Shown piece by piece: positions 11,321 to 22,715 of a DNA stretch of 64,000 nt; the first letter of the stretch is position 1; each line of letters starts with the position of its first letter. A program made the position numbers and the translations under genes. The notes under the pieces are model-generated. The model searched no databases. It saw nothing but the letters and a program-made list of their open reading frames with translations, and was not told where the DNA came from. Source of the DNA: Amphiscolops sp. MND2022 (Eukaryota); the NCBI GenBank assembly GCA_964187785.1, contig OZ076418.1:21762001-21826000 (forward strand), in the 5' to 3' direction.

Positions 11321-14300
11321 ATGGATTCTGAAAAAGAATTATCCAAACTTTTGATCTCTAATGGATCACTAGAAAACTTTTTGGTTTGCAAAACAAGATT
11401 TGTCTCTTACCTGGAGAACAAAGAATTACCACTGATTACGATACACTTGGCGACGAGGATTGGCGCAAAAACAAAAACAGTTTGTATCGTGAAATTATTA
11501 TGCACCTCGATGACAAAACACTTCAAATGGTCATTTCTTTGGACACCCCCCACGGTGAAGAAGTTTGGAACCACCTACAGGTTACGTACGGAAAAATTAA
11601 AAATAGCCAGATCTTAGCCATCTGGGAAGAATTCTTGGGTTTCAAAGTCGAACCAGGTGAGACTCTTATGACATTTTTGAACCGGTTGGATGTTACTATT
11701 TATAAGTTACAATCAGCTAAAGAGGTTGTCTCTGAAAATTTAAAATTAGCAGTAGTCTTGAAGGGTTTGCCAAAAGAGTACGAATCATTCAAAGCGGCAG
11801 TAAAATTCCAAACAATATCTTATAAGGAGTTGAAAGACAAAGGTTTTGAGAAATCTCTGACTACGAGTAAAACCCCGTCAGAAGTGACTGTCAAATTGGA
11901 GCCAACAGAGTTTGCAGCAACAACTAGCTTCAACAAACGTTTTGACTACAAGAAAAAACAATTTCATACCAATAGTCAGGCCAGTTCTAGTGTGCAACAC
12001 AAATTCAAATGCAGCAACTGTGGCCGATTAAACCATAGAACAAATGAATGTTTTGCTCCAGGTGGGGCAAAGTTCAAACAGAAAGCAGTTAACTTTTCAG
12101 GCTTCGCAACACATCATATTCTTTCAACTTCTGAGAACAACTGGAAGATGGAAATATTCAAAATTCATCATTGATAGCGGTTGTACATCTCATATTTTGT
12201 GTTGTGACAAGTGTTTCACTAACATTCCTGGACCTGAAACGGATATAACTGTCTCGAACGGTGACTTGCCAAATCAAAAAGTGTGTGGTATAGGCACGGC
12301 AATGATACCACTTATTGATAAGAATGGACAATTGGTTAATCTGAGTAAGGAGGAAAAATTATCTTACTTACAAGAAAGTATTCCTCAGAGGCCAACTTCA
12401 GTTTGATTAGCCTTGGTCAATGGCACTGTCGTCTTGGTCACTTGAATACAACCACAAAAGAGAAAATGAAGAACGAAATTGTTAAAGGCCTCAAGATAGG
12501 TTCTAAGTCAAAGGAGTTTTGCGAAACATGTGTTTTGAACAAAAGCACAAACGAGGTTACCAACAAAGAACCGCGTGAAGTGTCTAACACTAAAACGGAT
12601 CTAATGTTCAGTGATATTTGCGGACCTTTTCCTGAGTCATTTCATGGTATGAAGTATATCATCTCATTCATCGATGACTATACCAAATTTGCTAAAGTTT
12701 ACTTCATGGCCAGCAAGAGTCAAGCCTCTGAAAAGTTAGAAGAGTTTTTGGTTTTTTTGCAAAGAGGATAAACCCAAAGAAATACGGAGTGATAATGCGT
12801 TGGAATACGAGTCAAAGAGCTTCGAAGATCTTTGCATAAAACATGGTATTTCGCAATCTTTTTCTGCACCGTACAGCCCCAACCAGTTGGGTGTAGCAGA
12901 ACGTTATTGGAGAATGCTAGCTAATATGGCTCGCACATTCATCAACAGTTCTAAATTAGATGAAAAAATTTGGGTTCGCGCTTTCGACACAGCAAACCAC
13001 ATTTGCAATAGAGTATCGAGCAAGTCTACTCCTGGTGAACTATCGCCTTTTGAGTTATTTTATTGCCGGAAACCAAACCTTGGGTACACGAAAACTTTTG
13101 GTGGAAAAGCTTTTTTCAAAGTACAAACACATCAAAGAAAACATCAGCCTAGAGCGAAGTTGGGAGTGTTTTGTGGATATAATGAAAGCAGTCGTTGCTA
13201 CATTATTTTCAATCCGAAATGCTAAGTTCAATGAAACGCACTTCGTTTTGAGTGAACCAGTCGAAAATAGTGACTGGCCAATAACTTCTTTCACGGAAAC
13301 AGAAGTGAGTGAAACTGAAGTTGAGGCGACCAGTGAAATTGAAATGGTTTCGCCAGACATTTCGCAAAGCATTGAACCACAGTCACCGAGTGAAAATACA
13401 GTTCTCAAACAATCGGATTTAAGACGTAGTCAGCGAGAAAAGTTTGCTCCAAAACGCTATGGAGACCCTGTTGCTTTACCAGAAAATATTGAGATTGCCC
13501 TCAATTGCTCGAATGCCTCTGATCCGAAAACATATGAAGAATCACTGGCTTCTTCAAATGCTTCACATTGGCTAGATGCAATGGCCAAAGAGCTCAAACC
13601 ATTAGACGAACAAAAGGTTTGGGAGTTGGTATACCGTGCAGCTAGTTCCCCTGTGATCAAAGGTAAATGGGTCTTCACAACAAAAAATCGACCAGATGGT
13701 GAAATCATTCGATTTAAAGCCCGTTTTGTTGCGAAAGGTTACAGTCAAATACAGGGTGTTTACTATGAAGAGACTTTTTCGCCCACTATTTCTCATGTAA
13801 CAGTCCGAACATTATTAGCTATTGCTGCCAAAAGAAACTTGAAAGTAGCACAATACGATGTCAAGACAGCTTATTTAAATTCGCCTTTGGATGATAATGA
13901 TATATTCATCGAGTTACCACAGGGAACTTTGGAGCAAAAAACAAAGTTGGTCGACTTTTGAAAAGTTTATATGGATTAAAGCAAGCCGGTAGATGTTGGA
14001 ACCTTTATTTCCATGATTTACTTTTGGAGTGCGGTTTGATTCAATCACAAATGGACCCTTGTTTATATTTCAATTCTGAAAAGACAGTTTTTGTCTTAAT
14101 TTGGGTGGATGATATTGCCATTTTTGCAGACACGGACCAATCGATTCACCTGATCATTGAACAGCTTTCGAACTCCATAACATTCGAAATGCGAGGTCAA
14201 CTAGAATTATTATTGGGCATGGAAGTGAAATTCGAAAACGATTATGTGACGTTCAATCAAAAGCAATATATTGAAAAATTGATTGAAATTTGGAAATGTG

Positions 14301-15047
14301 ACTATTACAAAAGTGTCCACATTCCTTTAGAAAGTCTAATTGATCAAAGTATTAACAGTGAAGATTGTAACGAAAACATTTTCCGAAAATTACCTGGATC
14401 ACTTCAGTATTTATCAAATGTATCTCGGCCCGATATTGCCTTTGCAGTAAATTACTCAGCTCAATTTTCTACAAAACCGAAAATGATTCATTTCAAGTCA
14501 CTGAAGCGCATCTTATGTTATCTGAAAGAAACAAAAGAGTATTCTATCAAATATTCCCGAAAGCGGAACGGGGAAACAATCCACGCATTTGCTGATGCAA
14601 ATTGGGCAAATGATAAAATAGATCGAAAAAGCGTATCGGAGATTTTAGTGAAGTTGGGTTATAATGATTCACCGATAATTTGGAAATCATCAAAGCAAAA
14701 GATGGTCCTTATCTTCTTGTGAGGCGGAATACATGGCATTAGCTCTCTGTGTACAAGAGGTCTCCATGGTTATGAACATTTTCAAAACTATTGGACTGGA
14801 CTATTCTGTCAAAGTATTCAGTGACAATCTTAGTGCCAAATATCTGGTTGACAATCCTATTATCACCCAACGATCAAAGCATATAGATATCAAATACCAT
14901 TTTGTTCACGAGTTTTTCAAATTCGACTCTGCTGAACTGAGTTATCTTGACACAGGCCATATGCAAGCTGATGTTCTTACAAAGCCTCTAAGTCGTCCAA
15001 AGTTCACGGAATTACGATGCCAATTGTTGCATGAAATAAACAATTGA
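11321..15047 (+). pseudogene. Copia gag-pol with at least 6 frameshifts
   Basis: CSNCGRLNHRTNEC, IIDSGCTSH, WHCRLGH, SDICGPF, SDNALEY, GVAER, RFKARFVAKG, YGLKQAG, WVDD, ADANWA, SDN, KHIDIKYH spread over several ORFs. Confidence 0.93.
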
Positions 15048-15054
15048 GGGGGCG

Positions 15055-15240
15055 TGTTAGATGTAACTCTTGTTCATGCATCTAAAAACTTGTTCATGTA
15101 TATTCTAGTTCTCTTGAAAGATTTTTCATGAATGTATAAGTCACTTATCTTTTTCTAACATGTGATTAAGTTTGGTTTTACCACACTTCAAATTGACTTC
15201 TCTTCTTGAGAGAACTTTTTCCTCAATCAATAAAATAACA
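15055..15240 (+). repeat. Copia 3' LTR
   Basis: Direct repeat of 11120-11305. Confidence 0.96.
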
Positions 15241-15640
15241 AAAAGCATTTTACAACTATTTTTTTACTAGCTTTTACTGAACTCTAACGTGACTATTTGG
15301 TCACATATTACTCCAGAAAAACAATCGTAGCCACAAAATGTTACCTGATGATCATATGTGGTCTTTTCATTACATACGCAGCGCGGCTTGCCTGGGCTAT
15401 TAATAGTTTGAGTAAGAAGCCGACGTACTTTTTATTAGCTACAATTACATGACTGCCATTGATAAAATGTTCCAAAAATCTTCCATTTTTAGCAGAAATT
15501 GTACCAGAAGTTGTAGTGAAACTTGACCACACAAACAGTTTTGACAACTTCGAATTGAATGACTTGTTGAACAGAAAGACTGACACGCAGAGTTTAGCAA
15601 CAAAATCTGAAAACAATGTTTATCTCGCAAAGATACCCAT

Positions 15641-15698
15641 TTCGCCAATTTGTGGTTCTTCGCCAATTTGTGGTTTTTCGCCAATTTGTGGTTTTTCG
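15641..15698 (+). repeat. 18-bp tandem repeat, 3 copies
   Basis: TTCGCCAATTTGTGGTT(C/T) x3. Confidence 0.95.
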
Positions 15699-17164
15699 AA
15701 CAATTTTATATTTTGAGATGCATTTTGATTCCATCGATACGATACAATAGTGGGTCTCATTTACACATGTATCAATTTTTAAATTTTTGATTAATTTTAA
15801 ATTATTTTTGGAAATTTTGATTGAGTGGTACGTTAGTAAGTGGTAAAGAGCCAAAACGTGACATTAGATATGATAAGTAGGCAGTCCTCACAGGGGCGAG
15901 CCTTACACAAATGCCCACAACGCGGTTGCTTACTACCTCGCCTATTTTACATCCATTTTCTAACCAATACTACGCTGCTGCATGAGCTCTCTAAGTACAT
16001 GTAAGAGCCACATACGTTATCAAAACTCAATTTTAACCCAATTTAGTGAACTAAAAGCACTTTTAACACTTCCAGCACTTTTTTAAATTCAAGCTTTTTT
16101 GCTATTTTTTATTATGTTAAGGTACTATCATACTAATTTATTGCAAACTTTCAATTTTTCAGCCCGATTTCATGCGTGTGGAAAAGGAAAAAGTTCTAAA
16201 TTCAGTTTTAACATGTGGGGTTATAAGAAAATGAACCGACTAAACAGTCCTCTATAACCGTCGCATTATTGGAACTGAAATCTTTTATTTAATTTCTAAA
16301 TACAAGTTGAGTTGCCATTGTTGATTCAAATAGTTAAAGGCAAAAAAAGGTCATTCAGGAGTAAAATATTCAATGGAGTTTTTAGCAGACAGTTACCGAC
16401 ACCTCTGTTTGAATTGGATCTTTTGAAATTAAAAAAAATGCCATTGAGCATTGAATTTTAAAAGAACAATCAATTCAACTAACTGCAATATTGAGAGTTT
16501 GGCGCCGCCAACCCATATCTTGTCAGGAAAAAATTTGAAAATTCGTGGAAAAATCAAAACATTTTCACGCCTCGTTCACGTGCCAGCTCGTACTTTGAAA
16601 TCTTTTCTGAGTCAATGAACAATTCATTTGCTCTATTTTGAATTAGGCTGACGACATCAATGAAAAAATTTTTGCGTAGTTGCCCGGCTTTTGAAACAAA
16701 GCTACTACAGCATTCATACAATTGGCTACTAACTGATGACAATTTTAAGAACATTTTAAAAAAATTTACGCGTGTGGGCATGAGAAAGACGTTCCATTTT
16801 TTTGATAACGTTTGAGAAATGGAGGTTTTTCGTAATTTATTGGTGTAGTATTTTCTCTTGTAAAACGTTGAATACTTCCCCGGTTTCAGTGAATCAGCAA
16901 AGCCGGGTTTGTGTTAAATCAGGCTGGGGAATTATTTGATTCTAGGAAAAGCTTGGCGTCGAAGGTTCACATGAAATTGAATTGGTATTCTACTCTGAAT
17001 AGTTGCCAAAGTTCGAAACTAGTAAATAACCAAAAGTTACCATCGTTATGCTGATTTTGTGGGGCCTAGTTGTACCTTAAGAAAGAGCGTTCATTACTAC
17101 TTCTGAAGAAATTTGTGAACTTCGGAGAATGTCTCAATCACTGCTTGTAACAAGAAACGCAATA

Positions 17165-17343
17165 CAGTGGAAGCCGCTTATATGGGTATTCTTCCACCGG
17201 AACCGGGTATTCTTGTCTACTATATCCGTTGTCTCTTATATCAGTAGTACAATTAACCGGGCAAAGTAGGCCAGGGGCCGAAATATCCGGGCGTATTAAG
17301 CGTTGTCTTTTATACGCGTGTTCCATTTAAGAGGCTTCCACTG
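17165..17343. mobile_element. Tc1/mariner(pogo)-type MITE, 179 bp
   Basis: TIRs CAGTGGAAGCCGCTTATATGG / CCATTTAAGAGGCTTCCACTG flanked by TA on both sides. Confidence 0.88.
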
Positions 17344-19877
17344 TAATCAAATTTTACAGCTTGTCACTGTTTACGGACCTTTTACGTAAACTCTTCTCGG
17401 ATAACTCTCCAAAAACGAACAGATTAAAAGCGTGATTTATATGGAACAAAAGGTACACGGAAACAATTTTAACAGTCATTTCATTTTGTGACTACTTTCT
17501 AGTTTCATTTAAATTATGGTCTTTCGAGAGAGATTGTTAAAGACGAAATGTATTAAACAGTATCATATATAAAGGGAAAAAGTTCTCAAGGTTTTCATTA
17601 CACAATGCAATTGAAGTTCGTGATACGTCATTTGGATATTTTTCAAACGTCTGACCAGGTAAATGAAAAGGTTCAATTCTTACCAATGCCATGCCGAATT
17701 TTATACAGTTTCAAAAAATTAAAAACGTGTGTAACTTTACTAACTTGTGTAAACGTAAATAACGTCACAGTTATCAGAAAAAAACTCAAATTTTACGCTA
17801 TTTTTATAGATTTGGTTTCTAAGTCTTCGTTTTCACACTGGATAAAAACAATGAAGACTTTACATTTGCCCTAGAGGTTGACGGGAGTTCTTCTGCCTGG
17901 CGATGGGGCCTGAGAAGCAGGAGTACGTGGATTCGAGTTGCACGATAGACTAAACTTTTTTATGCTTCATAAATTAGATGGAAGACCAAAGTCTCCTTCA
18001 TTAGGGTTTTTCCGACACTCTGGTCATTTTTTCAAAGAAGAACTCAACAGAAAGGACCCTTAATATTTTCTGTTTTCAGCAATGACGAAAGGTTGTGCAT
18101 GCTGAGAATGCCTTTGGGTTTTTAGCCTCTGTAGACCTTTTCCAAGAAACTTTGTGTTTAATTTTTAGTATTTTGAAGCTTTCTCTTGAAGTTTTCAAGG
18201 TTGGCATTAAGTTATTTTCGTCAGTGTGAGATTTGCGATAGTTTTCTCAATTTTGGATCTTGAGCACAGTTTGAAGACTTACCCTATTTGAGTCTTAAAT
18301 GAGGCGTTGAATTGGGCCGATCCGGATTGTTTTCAGTACAAAAAACTTCTTCAAACCTACGGTCCCAATGGTCCCATGTTTGTTTCCTAGACACTCTACA
18401 CTCTACGACATTGTATTGTTTTTGAAATGAATTGAATTGAATGTATCTACTTATTTCAATTTTTGATGATTCAAATTAGAAAAACATCCAATTTTTGAGT
18501 ACGCTAAAAATTAAAAGCGCATCCAAGGGCGCTTCCATACTATCTCTTATAATTTTAACTAATAATAAAACTCACATTTTGTGTTACCCACTTGCTTTTT
18601 GTGTTTTTTGGTACGGCACTGTGCATTTCTTCCAAAATTCTTTGTCCTGAGTTATCTCACATATTTGGCTTTTGGATCTTTTGAAATAGAAAAATGTCTT
18701 CCACATGCCCAAAGGTTCCCGTTTCTGAGTGAAACTGGCACTAATCGAATTAGATGAAAAAAACTTCACTGGAGGGTCTTACGTTCAATTTGGAGGCTGT
18801 TGTCAAGAAAACGTTTCAAGTACTTTTCTGGCTTTTTGTCGACCTTCAGCGTTTTTCTCTCGAATAATTTTTCTCCAATCTTTATTGCTCAGAGTGAGAG
18901 TTCATATTTAATTGGTGTCAAACTTCTGCATCTTTTCCAATTGAATTCTATTGGTTCCACTTTTTGATAAAACGCCTGTAAACCCGAGAAATGCCCTGTA
19001 ATCGAAACGATGACGTAATATTAATTTTTTGAACGTGTATCCGAAACATTTTTGGATATGCCACAAAGGGTGTGGGGTTTAAAATAGATCAATTTCGAAT
19101 TATTACCGTTTTCCGATTTGAATGCAACGTTAAAAAACGCACTGAAACACAAATTTTAAAGTCACATCCGTATGATTTTACCATTTTGATGGAATGAGTG
19201 TTGGGTTCGGATTTGATTAGAGTGAAGCTTTGTAATTTCTAAATTTGAATAGTACTATCTCTTACAACAAATAAAAACACTAGAATCCTACTACTTATCA
19301 ACGTTGTTCCCGAATTATATTGGATCATGCGAGTACGAAGGCACGAAAGAGTACTAAGAGAAACAATGTAGCGAAAAGCCATTTTGAAACTCTTATATGC
19401 ATGATTTAGTTTTCAGAGCGACGGTGACTTTTTTGTTATAAAATATTCCAGTACGTTTTTGTCAAACACTAGAGGCTGGAAAGTGCTTTCAAAAGCGTAT
19501 TAGCGGAATGTTTTGAAAAAAACTTGAAAAATTCAGTTTTAGCAGTGGTGTTTTTGTTTTCTGGGTTCTGCAATAACTTTACTTCCACTCAACTCATATG
19601 CTGCCCTTTGGGTTAACTCGATTTTCGGTACAATGTGAACCTGTTCCTCTGAGTCTACGTGGGTTCGAGTCCTGCAATAGACCAATTTTTTGTTGCTTCC
19701 AAAAACACGGTACATTACAGTGCATAGGCAAGCTTTTTCTGAGCGTTTTGAGGAAATCAGGACACGAAATCTCGGAAACCGAGACGCGTGCGCTGAATTC
19801 ATTCCCCTTTGATGTCGACTGCCTTAGCTTCCTTTGAAGTTGAAATCTTACTTTCCGCAATTTTGTGTCTTGGTAAG

Positions 19878-21615
19878 TGTCGCAGGCTGCCGCCTGTGAT
19901 GGCACTAGAATCACGACAACTACACAAGGGCAAGAAACAGCTTTCGGCACACTTCCCATTTATTAGTCGAAAGAACAATCAAAGAAACTTTTACACTATT
20001 TTGTTGCTTTGAATATGTTGCATTTATTGACGCTGTTAAATTTTCTCATTTATATACGTGTACGTATTAGTCTGTTAAAAATTACAATCGGAAAATTGAG
20101 TTGGTTTTAATCAGAATTAGAGGTGCTGTATAATAATGTAAGCAGTTGAAACGATTGGCAACGTGGCTATACAACGTAAAGGAAACGAGTTCAAGTGAAC
20201 AAAACACCTATCCCGTACGCGTCACTTGAGCTCAATAATTCAACCAATCACAGCGCTTCATTGAGCAGTACCAGTTTAGCCTTTATGTGAGTGATGGCCG
20301 AGTAAGGCCAATTGACTTAGAGATGATTGTTTTAATCTGTACTTTGGTCAAATGGACGGTTCCGGCCATTTCAAGCAAATATGATGATGATGTACTAATT
20401 ACGCTAGCAATTGATTGGAGCTATTATAGCTATGTCCTCAGTGCTAAATAAACACTTTTGTGCTGTTTGGCAGTTTAATATAATGATTTGGATTTGGTCA
20501 AGTCTGGTTCTATTTTGAAGATGTTGCATCTAAAGCCATTGTGACAAATAGGACAAGTGTTGATGTGATTTTTATACACTAAATGTATTTTCATCAGGTA
20601 ATAAACTCAATTTCGCTTTTGTGGCGGCACGTTCCGGCATAACTCTCTGAAGTTGGATATGTCAAAATTCCATATTTGGACATTAATATTTGTTGATACT
20701 CGAATGATAGTAATTCAATAGATGTGTTGTTTGAAGTTGCAGTGTATGTTAAATACCTTTCAAAATGGTACTTGTAATATTTCCAAAGTATGTAAAATAT
20801 GGGAATATGTCATGAGTACCACATTCCTTTGAAATGAATCCTAACTAGAAGTATGTGAAGTATGTGAATGTCATCCCCTCATGAGTATATATAGTGATAC
20901 TTGGCCTGAGTGGGACAAAATTCATTTGAGACGCTACTAGTAAAGATTGATTAACAAACGGCTCCGCTGTTGTATACCGAGTTCTTTAATTTTTTATTTA
21001 ATTCAGAACTGTTTCAATGCCAACCACTAGAAAACAGAAGAAAGCAAGGAAGTCAAGAGGACTCGAAATGTTATCTGATATCGAGAATTTAGATATCATG
21101 CTAGGCGAGAATCATTTTAACACTAGAGAAAGAGAAGGCAGTTTGAATAGTAACTTTCCCAGGAGATCTAGAAGCTTTGCAAGCAATGAATCTGAAAATG
21201 AGGACGGGAACATAGGTAGAGACCAGAGAAATAATAGCTCTAGGACAAATACCGAATGTGACCGCAATTCAGTTACTGGCAATTCTAGCGCTGAGATAAA
21301 CAGGTTGTCAAGTGAATTAAACTCCCGCATTTCACGAGAAATGGACGAGATGATGAATTCTGTAAGTGTCCAGATACAAAGGGCCATAATTGATGCAATA
21401 AGTACTCAGGTACTTCCTCAAATCCAAAATGTTATTATGGCCGGATCAAGACACGGGACCAGAAAAGGATGGGACGTTCCGTCCGAGAGACCGGAACTAA
21501 TTTCAGCGAGATTTCAACGAAGTTCAGCGAAATCCAAACGCAAAGAACAACTTAAGAAATGAACAGGATGAGAATCAGTTAAACAATGACTGCCATGACC
21601 TAAATGTTCATGACA
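19878..21615 (+). repeat. Gypsy-A 5' LTR (1738 bp)
   Basis: Direct repeat of 34133-35862, roughly 95-96% identical by eye, with small indels. Confidence 0.93.
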
Positions 21616-21628
21616 TGGTGACAGGAGA
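21616..21628 (+). promoter_or_regulatory. Gypsy-A primer-binding site
   Basis: TGGTGACAGGAGA directly after the LTR CA; Leu-like tRNA end (not verified). Confidence 0.75.
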
Positions 21629-22708
21629 CAACGAATCTCCCAATCATGTTCCTGAGTTTCTCACAGGACTTATCCCATCAAGAAGTCATCTCAATCAGTC
21701 ATATGAGGACATCAACCTTGACACGACGATCCCAGCGCATGAGAGAATCGCTACAGCTGCCGATCCTGATCCCATTACTAGATTGGCCGACGTCTTGACT
21801 ACGATGCAGAATAGACCAACGGCACAACAACTCACAATACGATCAGTCAACTCCAATACTATGACTTTTGACGGCAAGAGTGAAAAATTTGAGCTGTTCG
21901 AAGATCTCTTCCACTCTATGATCAAGATGCAGCCAGAAATGACCGAGCAAATGAAAAATAACCATTCAGAAAAACCGTTCAGAAACATCAATTGGACAAA
22001 TCGCCAAACCCTCGAAGACGTACTAGTCATTTTCCGACGAAAATACGTCAAACCTGAATCACAGGCAACCGCCAAACATAAATGGCACCGTCTGGTCTTT
22101 GACCCCAATACGATGAAGCTGTCTGATTTCCTTGAAGAATTAAATCAAGGCGCAGAGAAGGCGTTCGGAGAACACGCACAGAAAATGATTGACAGTCTCC
22201 TGTACGCAAAACTGCCACCAATATTGAAACGGTCCGTCAATATGGCCGGATTGGAAAATGGCTCATACGATGAGATAGTTGCTCATTTGGAGAGAGAATT
22301 AGAGCTTAACGCTCCCGAGGAGTCAGACGACCTACCAATGGCAACAATGATTTCCTCATCTGCTAAGCCGAAAACTCCCCTGTCCACTGGGCAAATGTCG
22401 GACATCACTTGCAATTACTGCAAGGAAAAGGGCCACATGGTCAAGGACTGTGAGAAACTAAAAAAGAAGAAGGAGAAAGATGCCCAACAAGGCAAGCAAA
22501 CTCAGAAAAAGACATATCCGGAGTGTGGCACTTGTGGCAAAAAGAACCACCCGGAGGAAAGATGTTGGCAAGGTGCTGGTGCGCATCTTAAACTCAAACG
22601 CACCAGGTCTGAAGACTCAAACGACAACAAACCCAACTCTAAAGCTCAAAAACCTCCGAACAAACCGACATCATCAAACTCACAATCCTCATCTTCCAAC
22701 GATGAGTC

Positions 22709-22715
22709 AAAAAAC
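22709..22715 (+). promoter_or_regulatory. -1 ribosomal frameshift slippery heptamer A AAA AAC at the gag/pol junction
   Basis: In gag frame directly before TAA (22716-22718); the -1 frame is open for 33 codons into ORF 22814. Confidence 0.85.

Larger units (their letters stand above)
11120..15240 (+). mobile_element. Ty1/Copia LTR retrotransposon (4.1 kb, coding region disrupted)
   Basis: 186-bp TG...CA LTRs with 1 mismatch, TSD AAAAG (11115-11119 and 15241-15245), PPT GAGGGGGCG, gag-PR-IN-RT-RH order. Confidence 0.96.

Noticed and set aside
15330-15640. Protein-like frame (GLFITYAARLAWAINSLSKKP...IKCSKNLPFLAE)
   Set aside because: It has an internal stop and no recognisable motif or splice context; cannot be supported.
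15641-15698. CRISPR-like repeats
   Set aside because: The repeats are contiguous with no spacers and no cas genes; the same applies to the other short tandem repeats.
16760-16800. HAHTRKFF on the minus strand resembling the IS66 CWAHARRKF motif
   Set aside because: Eight residues followed by a stop, with no other IS66 motif; likely chance.
19872-19878. Gypsy-A TSD GTAAG plus T equals a splice-donor consensus at both ends
   Set aside because: Single event and no convincing plus-strand upstream exon; cannot separate from coincidence.
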